Position numbers and translations under genes: made by a program. Shown here in pieces: positions 20,385 through 30,398 of a stretch of DNA of 64,000 bases. The notes below the pieces were generated by a model, which was not told the DNA's origin, did not search any database, and saw only the letters and a list, made by a program, of their open reading frames with translations. Source of the stretch: Kiritimatiellia bacterium (GTDB taxonomy: Bacteria; Verrucomicrobiota; Kiritimatiellia; JAAZAB01); contig JAXGPF010000014.1 of NCBI GenBank assembly GCA_040767085.1, positions 32,001-96,000 of the forward strand, given 5' to 3'. Each line of letters opens with the position of its first letter. The first letter of the stretch is position 1.

Positions 20385-23012
20385 TTGACTGTGCCTGCCA
20401 GCCTTCCCATTAACGATATCCGCGCGGAATTGGTGCAAGCCTGCGCCGGACATAACCGGATCATCGTAACCGCGCCCACCGGGTCGGGCAAATCCACCCG
20501 GGTTCCCGGGTTCCTGGCCGATGAGGTCTTGCCCGGCGGCGGGCAGGTGGTCTGTCTGCAGCCCCGCCGCCTGGCGGCGCGGATGCTGGCGCGGCGCGTG
20601 GCGGGGGAACGCGGCGCGGCGCTGGGCGGCGAGGTCGGGTATCGCGTGCGGTTCGACTGGCGCATGGGGCCGGCCACCCGGATTGTTTACGAGACCGACG
20701 GCATCCTGCTTCAGGAACTGCGGCGCGATCCCGACTTGCGCCGGGTCGGTGCGATTGTCTTTGACGAATTCCACGAGCGGCACCTGTATGGCGATATCCT
20801 GCTGGGCCTGGCCTTGACGCTGCAGGCGGCGCGCCGGCCGGATTTGAAAATCGTGGTCATGTCCGCCACCCTGGAAGCCGCGCCGCTGGAACAATTCCTC
20901 GCGCCTTGCGCCCGGGTGCAGGCTGGCGGCCGGTGTTACCCGGTGGATATCCGGTATCATGGAGAACGGTCGGCGCGGCCGCCGCCGGTCTGGGAGCAGG
21001 CAGCGCAGGTTTGGGCGCAGTCGCGCGCGGCGGCCGGCGGCGGGCATACCTTGATTTTCATGCCCGGCGCCCATGAAATCCGGCGCACAGTGTCGGCCTT
21101 GCAACTGGCCGGCGCGTCCGCGCAGCGGATTTTCCCGCTTTACGGCGAACTCACGCCGGCGGCGCAGGATGCGGCGGTGGCGCCGGACCGCGTCCCGAAA
21201 ATTATCGTGGCCACCAACATTGCCGAAACTTCCGTGACTATTGACGGCGTGACGCTGGTGATTGACAGCGGGCTGGCGCGGCGGGCGGGCTACGATCCCG
21301 AGCATGGGATTAACACTTTGCTGGTGGAGAAGATCAGCCGCGCGGCGGCCGAGCAGCGCGCCGGCCGCGCCGGCCGGACCGCGCCCGGGGTTTGCCTGCG
21401 GCTCTGGTCGGCGGAGGAACATGAACGCCGGTCGGCGTCGGAAATTCCGGAAGTGGCGCGCCTGGATTTAAGCGAAGTGGTACTGAGTTTGCGGGCGCTG
21501 GGCGTGGCGGACCTGACGGCGTTCCGCTGGGTGGAACCCCCGGCGGCGGAACGGCTGCGCTACACGGAAGAATTTTTAAAGGAGATCGGCGCGCTGCGTC
21601 CGGCGGATGGCGCCGTCACGGCGCTGGGCCGGCGTCTGCTGGATTTTCCCGTGCATCCGCGCTGGGGCAGGCTGCTGCTCACGGCCGCGGAATACGGCTG
21701 CGTGGCGGAAGCGGCGCTGCTGGCCGCGCTGGCCCAGGAGCGCGGCATGCTGGCGCAGGCGGGAGCGCCGGGGCGCCCGGCTGCCCCCGCCGCCGCCGCG
21801 CGCCGGTCCAGCCGCCAGGGCAGCCTGCGCCAGTCGGACCTGGACCGGGAAATCCGGGCCCGGCGGGAGGAATTGGCCGATCCGGAATGGGAATCGGATT
21901 TACTGCTGCGCCTGCATTTGTGGCAGGCGGCCGCCGCGGAAAATTTCTCATCCGCGGCATGCGGCGAGCTGGGATTGCATGCCGGCGCCTGCCGCCGCGT
22001 GGAGGAAATGCGCGGCCAGTTCCTGCGCATCGCCGAGCGGATGGAATTGACGGGCGCCGCCGCGGCCGGCGGCGGCGCGCCGGCGATCAGCATCTTAAAA
22101 TGCCTGCTGGCCGCGTTCCCCGACCAGGTCGCCCGGCGCGTCAGCGCCGGGAGCGCCCGGGTGGAACTGGTGCACGGGCGGCGCGGCAGCCTGGCGCCGG
22201 AGAGCGCGGTGCGGCATGCCGCGTTGCTGGTCGCCCCTGAAATCCGGCGTCTGGAAGCACGCCGCGGTGAAATTGAAACCCGGATCACCCTGGCCTCGGC
22301 CATTGCGCCGGAATGGCTGGAGGAATTGTTTCCGGAATCCATCGCGCGCCGCCGCCGGGTGGAATTTGACCCGGTGCAGCGCCGGGTGATTGCGCGCAAC
22401 GACCTGTTTTACCACGATTTGGTCATGGCCGCCGGCCGCGCGGAGAAGCCGTCGGCAGACGAAGCCGCCGGCAGCCTGGCGGCGGAAGTTCTGGCCGGCC
22501 GGCTGGTTTTGAAACAATGGACGGCGGCGGCGGAGCAATGGGTGTTGCGGTTGAACAGCCTGGCCGGCTGGAGCCCGGAGCTGGGGTTGCCGGCGATCGG
22601 CCCGGATGAACGCCGGCATCTGATCGAGCAAATCTGCCATGGCGCCTTCAGCGCGAGCGAGATCAAAGAGCGCCCGGTCATGCCGACCCTGCGGGCCTGG
22701 CTGAGCGCCGCCCAGCAGGCCTTGCTCGAAAAATACGCTCCGGAGCGGATCAAGCTGGCCAATGGCCGCGCGTTCAAACTGACGTATGAGGCCGGCCAGG
22801 CGCCGGTATTTTCCGCGCGGATTCAGGAATTGTACGACGCGCCGGAATGCCCGGCGATCGCCCTGGGAAAAGCGCGGCCCCGGGTAATGATCCTGGCGCC
22901 CAATCACCGCCCGGTCCAGATCACCGACGACCTAGCGTCCTTCTGGGCCCATGGATACCAGCAGGCCAAAAAGGATTTGCGCGGCCGCTACCCCAAACAC
23001 GAGTGGCGGTAA
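20385..23012 (+). CDS. hrpB: ATP-dependent RNA helicase HrpB
   Basis: APTGSGKST, DEFHER, MSAT, ATNIAETSVTI, QRAGRAGR; C-terminal RPVQITDDLASFW...LRGRYPKHEW. Confidence 0.95.
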   Translation: MTVPASLPINDIRAELVQACAGHNRIIVTAPTGSGKSTRVPGFLADEVLPGGGQVVCLQPRRLAARMLARRVAGERGAALGGEVGYRVRFDWRMGPATRIVYETDGILLQELRRDPDLRRVGAIVFDEFHERHLYGDILLGLALTLQAARRPDLKIVVMSATLEAAPLEQFLAPCARVQAGGRCYPVDIRYHGERSARPPPVWEQAAQVWAQSRAAAGGGHTLIFMPGAHEIRRTVSALQLAGASAQRIFPLYGELTPAAQDAAVAPDRVPKIIVATNIAETSVTIDGVTLVIDSGLARRAGYDPEHGINTLLVEKISRAAAEQRAGRAGRTAPGVCLRLWSAEEHERRSASEIPEVARLDLSEVVLSLRALGVADLTAFRWVEPPAAERLRYTEEFLKEIGALRPADGAVTALGRRLLDFPVHPRWGRLLLTAAEYGCVAEAALLAALAQERGMLAQAGAPGRPAAPAAAARRSSRQGSLRQSDLDREIRARREELADPEWESDLLLRLHLWQAAAAENFSSAACGELGLHAGACRRVEEMRGQFLRIAERMELTGAAAAGGGAPAISILKCLLAAFPDQVARRVSAGSARVELVHGRRGSLAPESAVRHAALLVAPEIRRLEARRGEIETRITLASAIAPEWLEELFPESIARRRRVEFDPVQRRVIARNDLFYHDLVMAAGRAEKPSADEAAGSLAAEVLAGRLVLKQWTAAAEQWVLRLNSLAGWSPELGLPAIGPDERRHLIEQICHGAFSASEIKERPVMPTLRAWLSAAQQALLEKYAPERIKLANGRAFKLTYEAGQAPVFSARIQELYDAPECPAIALGKARPRVMILAPNHRPVQITDDLASFWAHGYQQAKKDLRGRYPKHEWR

Positions 23013-23033
23013 CATTGGCCAGCCGCGGCGGGA

Positions 23034-24620
23034 TTAATAATCGGCGCTGACGATGCGGGCGCAGAAATCGTAAAGATCGAGTTGCTCCTGCTGCAGGTCG
23101 AAGTAAGCGGTGATCTCCCGGTGGATATCAATTACTTCATAGCGGATTATGTGCCCGGACATATCTTCCATGCCGGTGAAATACAAACCGAGCAAATCGT
23201 GCCAGGCTGTGCCGGCCCAGGAGCAAATCGCCGGGGTATAGAAATCAAAGGCATCCGGAGCATGCCAGACCAGATCAAATTCCCGTTCGGGGAAATATAT
23301 GGAAACACCATGCACCTTGCCGGTCCAGTTTGCGCCGTGATATTCCGCGATGACCGTCCGGTCAATCGCTTCCATGACTGATTGCGCGCGCGCCTGCAGG
23401 GCGGCGAAAGGCAGCGCCGGTTGCAGCATGGCGTCCGACAATGCCAGCAGGTTCGACGCCAGGACCGGCATGTGTGCCAGGTCCGAAAGAGCGAGGGTGA
23501 TGCCGGGGACGGCGGCATAGTGTGCAGCCAGCCGGCTATGAATGTCCCGGGCGGCCACGCCGGCCGGCCAGTCCGGATTGGCAAAGAGCCCGGACAACAT
23601 GGTCCGGTAAGGCCAGTCCGACTCGCTGTAATTCTGCGAGCCAAGCGCGTAGGCGGCGCCGCCCTGCGCCAGGTCATACAGGGTCTCCACGGTCTGCATC
23701 AGGCAGTTGTCCAGCAGGACAATATCCACCTGGGCGGGGGCTGCGGCCAGCACCGCGCCCAGGTCGGCCAGGAACAAGGTCTGCGAACCATGCGAATCGT
23801 CAACACATAGTCCGCGCCAGCCGAAACCATGATCGCCCGTGATCAGGATGTAATGCCGGCTTGGATACCGTTCCATGCCCCATTTTATAAAGGATTGCAG
23901 CGTGGCCGGATCGGCCATGTTGACTTCCCGGCCGCCGCGGCCATCGCCCCAGTCCGCTATGGCGGAGGCTTGCACGGGCTGGATGCCGTTGGTGATGACG
24001 AACCGCTCGCATCCGGTCCAGGCGTTGAAATTGGTGGAGTATCCGCCGCGGTCGAGTTGGGCCAGCAAAGCGACATTGCTGCCGCTTTCGCCCTGGGCGA
24101 GCTCAACGAATTTGGCCAGGAAATCCGGTTCGAGATTATTGTCGGCATCCATGTAACACAACACCGTCCAGGATGATACCGGCACTATTTCAAACTCCAG
24201 GCTGACAACCTGGGCCGGCCAGGCGCCCGGCTCGCCCAGGCCGAAGTAAAACACATAGCGGCCGGCCGGCAGATCGGCCCCGGCAAAAATCAACGCATCC
24301 TGAAGATAGCTTAAAGGCATCCGGACGGCCGGCTGCAAGGCGGCAATGTCAAATACCTGGAGCCAGCCGTCCGGCGTCAGGCAATACCATCCCTGGGGGC
24401 CATGCGCCGCAACCCACCAATCAGCCATGACGCCGTAATACGGGCCCGGGGTGACGCTGACCGCCACGGCTACGCTGGAAGTTGCCGGCAGCGGCGGCGA
24501 GTTGGCGCAGCCATTCACGCTCAGCGCCATGGAAAAGCCGCCGGGCGCCGTTGTCGCGGCCGCAGTCTCTGCGAGCGGACATAAACATCCGACCATCATC
24601 AAGGCGATGAATCTGCTCAT
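23034..24620 (-). CDS. Secreted clostripain-family (C11) cysteine peptidase
   Basis: Signal peptide; WTVLCYMDADNNLE, NMADP, DHGFGW (His), DNCLMQTVE (Cys), GVSIYFP. Confidence 0.85.
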   Translation of the reverse strand: MSRFIALMMVGCLCPLAETAAATTAPGGFSMALSVNGCANSPPLPATSSVAVAVSVTPGPYYGVMADWWVAAHGPQGWYCLTPDGWLQVFDIAALQPAVRMPLSYLQDALIFAGADLPAGRYVFYFGLGEPGAWPAQVVSLEFEIVPVSSWTVLCYMDADNNLEPDFLAKFVELAQGESGSNVALLAQLDRGGYSTNFNAWTGCERFVITNGIQPVQASAIADWGDGRGGREVNMADPATLQSFIKWGMERYPSRHYILITGDHGFGWRGLCVDDSHGSQTLFLADLGAVLAAAPAQVDIVLLDNCLMQTVETLYDLAQGGAAYALGSQNYSESDWPYRTMLSGLFANPDWPAGVAARDIHSRLAAHYAAVPGITLALSDLAHMPVLASNLLALSDAMLQPALPFAALQARAQSVMEAIDRTVIAEYHGANWTGKVHGVSIYFPEREFDLVWHAPDAFDFYTPAICSWAGTAWHDLLGLYFTGMEDMSGHIIRYEVIDIHREITAYFDLQQEQLDLYDFCARIVSADY

Positions 24621-24649
24621 TATATTTTCTCCTGAATTTTACGCGGCAC

Positions 24650-25735
24650 TCATCCCGGCGGGATCAGTTCCGCGACGTGCGCCGCGACGGCGGCGCCCAA
24701 ACCGTCCAGCCGGTAGCCGCCTTCCAGGAGCGACACCAGCCGGCCCCCGCAGGTCTGCGCGGCGATTTGCCGGACAATCCGGGTCATCTGGGCGAAGCCG
24801 GCCACGGTGACGTTCATGCCGCCCAGGGGATCGTGCGCCAGGGCGTCAAACCCGGCGGATACCAGGATCATGTCCGGCGCAAAGTCCAGGGCGCGCGGGC
24901 GGAGCAGGGTTTCGAACACCTGGAGGTATTCCGCGTCGCCGCTGGCGGCGGGCAAGGGGGCGTTGATGGTGTAACCGCGGCCGGGGCCGGCGCCGGTTTC
25001 CGAAGCCGCGCCGGTGCCGGGGTAAAACGGATATTGATGCACGGAGAAGCACAAGACCGTCGGATCGTTCAGAAAGATCGCCTGGGTGCCATTGCCATGA
25101 TGCACATCCCAATCCACGATCAAGATGCGTTGCAGGCCATAACGCTGCTGCGCGTACCGGGCGCCGACAGCGGCGTTGTTGAAAAGGCAAAATCCCATGG
25201 CCCGGCTGCGGGAGGCGTGGTGGCCCGGCGGCCGCGCGGCGCAGAAGGCATTGGCTGCCCGGCCGACCATGATGGCATCAATTGCCGCGATCACGCCGCC
25301 GGCGGCCAGGCGCGCCGCGTCATATGACCGCGGCGAGACGGGAGTATCCGGGGCATGCAGGTAGCTGGCGCCGGAGCGGCAGGCCTGTTGGACTTCGGCG
25401 ATGTATTCGGGGCTATGCACGTCAGCCAGGGCCTCGAAGGGAGCGGGCGCGACCGGCAGCGGCAGCAGGCGCTCCATGAGCCCCGCCATTTCCAATCCGC
25501 CGATGACCGCCCGCAGTCGGCCGGGTTGTTCGGGATGGTCCGGTCCGGTCTCGTGTTCCAGGCAGGCCGGGACATATGCCAGGCCGGTAGGCGGCGGTGC
25601 AGGCGCGGGCGGCGGCGGCGCGGGATTCGCGGGCGGGCCCGGCACGGGCGGAGCCGGGTCGCCCTCGAGGCTGATGATTGCCAGCATGGCAACCCAGATC
25701 GGCCAGGTTTCGGGATTTAGTAAAAATGTCAGCAT
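24650..25735 (-). CDS. Histone deacetylase family amidohydrolase
   Basis: HPEQPGRL, RPPGHHA, GFCLFNN, DWDVHHGNGTQ, SAGFDA...DPLG, LEGGY. Confidence 0.95.
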   Translation of the reverse strand: MLTFLLNPETWPIWVAMLAIISLEGDPAPPVPGPPANPAPPPPAPAPPPTGLAYVPACLEHETGPDHPEQPGRLRAVIGGLEMAGLMERLLPLPVAPAPFEALADVHSPEYIAEVQQACRSGASYLHAPDTPVSPRSYDAARLAAGGVIAAIDAIMVGRAANAFCAARPPGHHASRSRAMGFCLFNNAAVGARYAQQRYGLQRILIVDWDVHHGNGTQAIFLNDPTVLCFSVHQYPFYPGTGAASETGAGPGRGYTINAPLPAASGDAEYLQVFETLLRPRALDFAPDMILVSAGFDALAHDPLGGMNVTVAGFAQMTRIVRQIAAQTCGGRLVSLLEGGYRLDGLGAAVAAHVAELIPPG

Positions 25736-25748
25736 AGGCAGGCCTGGT

Positions 25749-26579
25749 TCAAGCCCGGATTTTCCGGAAAGCCGCGGGCCCCAGCCCGCGCAGCCGGTGA
25801 AAGACGCGGGTCAGGTGGTAGCGGTCGCAGAACCCGGTTTCGGCGGCAATGCCTTCGATTGTCTTATCGGTATAACGCAGGAGCAGGCAGGCTTGTTCAA
25901 TGCGTTTGTGCCGGAGATGTTCCTGCGGGGTCATGCCCATGGCCTGTTTGAAGAGCCGGATAAAGGCGTTGGTATTCATGCCGACCAGCGCTGCCAACTG
26001 GTCATTGCGCATTTCCCGGTCCAGGCGCGCTTCCATTTCCGCCAGGATGCGGCCGATGCGCGGGTGGGAGCGCGGGGATCGGAATTTATCCGCCGGCACG
26101 GCCTGCAGCGCCAGGTAGGCCAGCAGGTGGGCCGGGACGGCCATGGCCTCGCGCGCGGCCGCCGGGTCGTGGCGCAGGCGCCGCAGCGCCTCGGAAATGG
26201 CGGCGATGGCGGCGACGGCCGACCGGCCCGCATGGAAGGCATAGATGCCCGGCGCCACCGCCGTATAAGGCGCGCTGGCGAGGAAGTGCAGGTAAAAATG
26301 GTCCACCGGCCGCGGATTGCGCGCGGCAAACGGCGTATTGGGCGGCAGGGCGTAGGCCTTGGCCGGCGTCATGCGGGTTTCGGAGCGGCCGACCCGGATG
26401 AAGGCACCCGGCCCGGCATTCCAATACAAGCGCCAGAACGGCGCGCTGAGATTGGCGTAATTCCAGGCGCCGGGGCGTAGCGTCTGCCGGGCGCAGACCA
26501 GGATGCGCGCGCATGGTTCGGGAATTTGCTGTTCCAGGATGGGCATGTCGGGGCAATCACAATCAATCTTGATTTGCAA
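25749..26579 (-). CDS. AraC family transcriptional regulator
   Basis: C-terminal HTH LAALVGMNTNAFIRLF...IAAETGFCDRYHLTRVF; start uncertain. Confidence 0.9.
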   Translation of the reverse strand: MQIKIDCDCPDMPILEQQIPEPCARILVCARQTLRPGAWNYANLSAPFWRLYWNAGPGAFIRVGRSETRMTPAKAYALPPNTPFAARNPRPVDHFYLHFLASAPYTAVAPGIYAFHAGRSAVAAIAAISEALRRLRHDPAAAREAMAVPAHLLAYLALQAVPADKFRSPRSHPRIGRILAEMEARLDREMRNDQLAALVGMNTNAFIRLFKQAMGMTPQEHLRHKRIEQACLLLRYTDKTIEGIAAETGFCDRYHLTRVFHRLRGLGPAAFRKIRA

Positions 26580-26974
26580 TCATCTCAATCCGGCGGCGTT
26601 GCCGTCCCATGCGAGAAAAATACACAAAATAAATGCGCGCGTCCATTGTTTTTAAAGGGACGAGTGATACCATGCCCGCTTATATACATTTGAGCCTAAA
26701 TCCGGCATTTGAAATTCAAAAATTGTCATATGCAATTTAAAATACGGAATGTAGGATTTCTGTCGCAAACATCTTTTAGGTGTGGGAAATTTTTGAATTT
26801 CAAACCGGAAATTGGTTGGCGATTTTACCGCATCTGCTTTGTTGGCAAGGGTTCGGAGTATACTAATACACCGTCACCCTTGCCGCCGCGCATCCGCGGC
26901 AAACTTGCCAACTGCCGGATTTAGGTTAAAGGCCGGGGGATCGCATTAAAGCGGCAGGATTTAAGGTGAAAAAT

Positions 26975-28270
26975 ATGAGCAAGCAACGTCCGTATGGCGC
27001 GGGGAATTCGAAGTGGTTCGTGCATGATCGGTTCGGTATGTTCATTCACTGGGGCACGTACGCGGCCGCCGCCCGGCATGAATGGGTGAAGTGCCGGGAG
27101 AAAATCGGCGAGGCTGCCTACCAGCGTTATTTCGACCATTTCAATCCGGACATGTACAATCCGGCGGAGTGGGCGCGCGCCGCCAAGCAGGCCGGGATGA
27201 AGTATTTTGTCATCACCACCAAGCACCACGAAGGATTCTGCCTCTGGGACACCAAGTACACCGATTACAAGGCCACCAACACGCCTTACGGCAAGGATTT
27301 GCTCAAGCCCATGGTCAAGGCGTTCCGCGAGGCCGGCATCCGGGTCGGATTTTACTACTCCCTGATCGACTGGCATCACCCGGAATTTACCGTGGACTGC
27401 CTCCATCCCCGGCGCGATGAGCCCGAGGCGCGGGCCAGGAACCAGCAGCGCGACATCAAGAAATACGCCGCTTACATGCGCCACCAGGTCACCGAATTGC
27501 TCACCAAGTTCGGCGATGTGGATGTGCTCTGGTTCGATTATTCCTATCCCGTCAAAGACGGCAAGGGCCGCGACGATTGGGAATCGGAAAAGCTGATCCG
27601 GCTGGTGCGCAAGCTGCGCCCGGATATCCTGGTGGACGACCGCCTGGACCTGCCGGGCTCCGGCGACATCATCACCCCCGAGCAATACCAGCCGCTCGGG
27701 TGGGTGGTGGATGCCGAGGGCAAGCCCACGCTGTGGGAAGCCTGCCAGACCTTTTCGGGCGCCTGGGGGTATCACCGGGACGAGCAGACCTGGAAGAGCG
27801 TCAAACTGCTGTTGACGATGCTGGTGGATTCCGTGAGCAAGAGCGGCAACCTGCTGTTGAACGTCGGGCCGACGGCGCGCGGCTACATTGACCAGCGGGC
27901 AATGGACCGGCTGGAGAGCATCGGCCAGTGGATGAAATACCACAACCGGGCGATTTACGGCTGTACGGCCGCGCCCTTCACGCCGCCGCCGGATTGCCGT
28001 TACACCTGGAACGGCAAGCGGCTGTATCTGCACATCCTGAACTGGCCGTTAAAAAACCTGTTCCTGGAAGGGCTGGCGGATAAAGTCGAATACGCGCAGT
28101 TCCTGCACGATGCCAGCGAGGTCAAGCTGACAACTGAACGGCCGCCGAAACCGACCCGGATGAGCGACAAGCAGTTTGACCAGCACTGGCCCAAGGGCTA
28201 TGCCGTTCTGGATATTCCGCCGGTGCAGCCATCCGTGGAAATCCCGGTGGTGGAACTGTTCCTGAAATAG
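26975..28270 (+). CDS. Alpha-L-fucosidase (GH29)
   Basis: RFGMFIHWG, TTKHHEGFCLWDT, YYSLIDWHHP, LWFD, GNLLLNVGP. Confidence 0.95.
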   Translation: MSKQRPYGAGNSKWFVHDRFGMFIHWGTYAAAARHEWVKCREKIGEAAYQRYFDHFNPDMYNPAEWARAAKQAGMKYFVITTKHHEGFCLWDTKYTDYKATNTPYGKDLLKPMVKAFREAGIRVGFYYSLIDWHHPEFTVDCLHPRRDEPEARARNQQRDIKKYAAYMRHQVTELLTKFGDVDVLWFDYSYPVKDGKGRDDWESEKLIRLVRKLRPDILVDDRLDLPGSGDIITPEQYQPLGWVVDAEGKPTLWEACQTFSGAWGYHRDEQTWKSVKLLLTMLVDSVSKSGNLLLNVGPTARGYIDQRAMDRLESIGQWMKYHNRAIYGCTAAPFTPPPDCRYTWNGKRLYLHILNWPLKNLFLEGLADKVEYAQFLHDASEVKLTTERPPKPTRMSDKQFDQHWPKGYAVLDIPPVQPSVEIPVVELFLK

Positions 28271-28326
28271 CCTGGTCGGCATCGGCGCGGAACCGCGCAT
28301 AAGCGGCGGCCGGCGGGCGGCAGGAG

Positions 28327-29352
28327 TCAATCCCAGTTCAGAATCACCTTGCCGGAATTGCCCGAGCGCATGATTTCGAAGGCCTGGGCGAATTCGGTGT
28401 AGTGGAACCGGTGGGTGATAATCCGGGAAATATCCAGCCCGCTTTGCAGCATGGCGGTCATCTTGTACCAGGTTTCATACATTTCGCGGCCGTATATCCC
28501 CTTGATCATCAAGCCGTTGAAAATCACCGTGTTCCAGTCGATTTTCGTTTCCGGCCCCAGGATGCCCAGCAGGGCAATCTTGCCGCCATGGCACATGCTG
28601 GCGAGCATGTTCTGAAAAGCGGAGGCATTACCGGACATTTCCAGGCCGACGTCAAATCCTTCCTTCATCCCGAGTTTTTTCTGGGCGTCCGCCAGTTTTT
28701 CCGTGCGCACGTCCAGCGCCAGTGTTGCGCCCATTTTGCGCGCCAGCTCCAGGCGGTAGGGGTTGACGTCCGTAATCACCACGTAGCGCGCGCCGGCATG
28801 CCTGGCGATGGCGACCGACATGATGCCGATCGGGCCGGCGCCCGTGATCAGGACATCTTCGCCCAGCACGCTGAAGGACAGGGAGGAATGCACGGCATTG
28901 CCCAGCGGATCGAAAATGGCCAGGGTATCAAGCGGAAGTTTCGGATCGGCATACCAGACGTTGGTGACGGGAATGCTGATGTACTCGGCAAACGCGCCCG
29001 GCCGGTTGACGCCCACGCCGCTGGTCTTCATGCACAAATGCCGCCGGCCGGCCAGGCAGTTACGGCAGCGGCCGCAGACAATATGGCCTTCGCCGCTGAC
29101 GATATCGCCGGGATGGAAATCCACGACGTTAGTGCCGACTTTTTCCACCACGCCCGCGAATTCATGCCCGATCACCATGGGCGCCGGGATGGTTTTCTGC
29201 GCCCAATCGTCCCAGTTGAAGATATGCACATCGGTGCCGCAGATGGCCGTACGCTTGACCTTGACCAGGACATCGTTGATGCCGACCGACGGCATGGGGA
29301 CGTCTTCCAGGTGCAACCCCGGCGCCCGTTCTTTTTTCAGAATGGCTTTCAT
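28327..29352 (-). CDS. tdh: L-threonine 3-dehydrogenase
   Basis: [58 protein letters not shown]. Confidence 0.96.
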   Translation of the reverse strand: MKAILKKERAPGLHLEDVPMPSVGINDVLVKVKRTAICGTDVHIFNWDDWAQKTIPAPMVIGHEFAGVVEKVGTNVVDFHPGDIVSGEGHIVCGRCRNCLAGRRHLCMKTSGVGVNRPGAFAEYISIPVTNVWYADPKLPLDTLAIFDPLGNAVHSSLSFSVLGEDVLITGAGPIGIMSVAIARHAGARYVVITDVNPYRLELARKMGATLALDVRTEKLADAQKKLGMKEGFDVGLEMSGNASAFQNMLASMCHGGKIALLGILGPETKIDWNTVIFNGLMIKGIYGREMYETWYKMTAMLQSGLDISRIITHRFHYTEFAQAFEIMRSGNSGKVILNWD

Positions 29353-29493
29353 CGAAAAATACTCCCAAGGCAGGCGCAAACCCGCACCCCAATTTAATTC
29401 TTCCCTCTCATCTGAGTCATCCGCGGATTATTTTTATCCACAGATTACGCAGATTTGCGCAGGTTATTTTACCGGAATACAGGACATCGCCTG

Positions 29494-30300
29494 TCACAGG
29501 CGGGACAATTCCATGGCGCGTCCTTCACGTGCATTGGCCACCGCGCAAACCCGGGGCACGTACGAGCGGGTTTCCTCGGGCAGGTAAGGGGCCAATTCGG
29601 CAAAAGTCGTCAAATTGTAATCCTGCATGGCGCGATCCACGAGGCCTTCGCCGGCATTGTAGGCTGCCAGCGCCAATTCCCAGCATTGAAATTGCCGGTA
29701 TAGTTGCTTCAAATATTGCGCGGCGGCGCGTGCGCTTTTTTCAGGCAACTTGCGTTCGTCCAACGGTTTAAGTTGCAGGCCGAACCGCAGCGCGGTTTCC
29801 GGCATCAACTGGAATAATCCGACCGCGCCGGAGCGGCTTTCAGCGTTATGATCGAAGGCGGATTCCACTTCCGCCAGCCAGACCAGGTGTTCCGGCACGC
29901 CTTCATCGGAAAAAATCTGCTTCAACCGGGGCACCGCCCGCAGGAACAGGCCTACGCGCTTCTGGACGGGAGTCATGGTCCAGAATCGGGCTGAATCAGG
30001 GGGTGTGTTCTCGCGATCGGGACGGCTCGTCCGGCGTGCCTCGCCGAAGCCTGGCGCAGACGGGCGGCCGCGCCCTGCTGGTGAACGATTTAACAGCATG
30101 GCGGCGGCGAAGTCGTTATACTTGGCCGCCGTGTATGTTAAGTTGTTGCCTGGTAATATGATATACGGCGGGAACTCGGCCAGCGGCATGCTGTCCCGGT
30201 TCTTAGGCAGGGGGCAGGCATTGATAGGCAACTGGGCGGAAGCCGAGACGGCCAGCAGAGCTGCGGCCAAGAAGCCGGCGGGACCGATTAATTTTTGCAT
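29494..30300 (-). CDS. Lytic transglycosylase (SLT / MltD-like)
   Basis: LAEVESAF, SGAVGLFQLMP, LAAYNAGEG, ETRSYVPR; signal peptide. Confidence 0.9.
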   Translation of the reverse strand: MQKLIGPAGFLAAALLAVSASAQLPINACPLPKNRDSMPLAEFPPYIILPGNNLTYTAAKYNDFAAAMLLNRSPAGRGRPSAPGFGEARRTSRPDRENTPPDSARFWTMTPVQKRVGLFLRAVPRLKQIFSDEGVPEHLVWLAEVESAFDHNAESRSGAVGLFQLMPETALRFGLQLKPLDERKLPEKSARAAAQYLKQLYRQFQCWELALAAYNAGEGLVDRAMQDYNLTTFAELAPYLPEETRSYVPRVCAVANAREGRAMELSRL

Positions 30301-30398
30301 GTAAATCTCCCGAGAACACATGCAAACCAAATTACAATCAAGGATGGTTTGGCGTTAATCCGGGAAGTTTTGCCGTCCGGCCTGCTTTTGTCAAGCCG

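Noticed and set aside
29434-29442. Perfect DnaA box TTATCCACA
   Set aside because: Single box within a short CAGATT-type repeat; no box cluster or dnaA context, so not called oriC.
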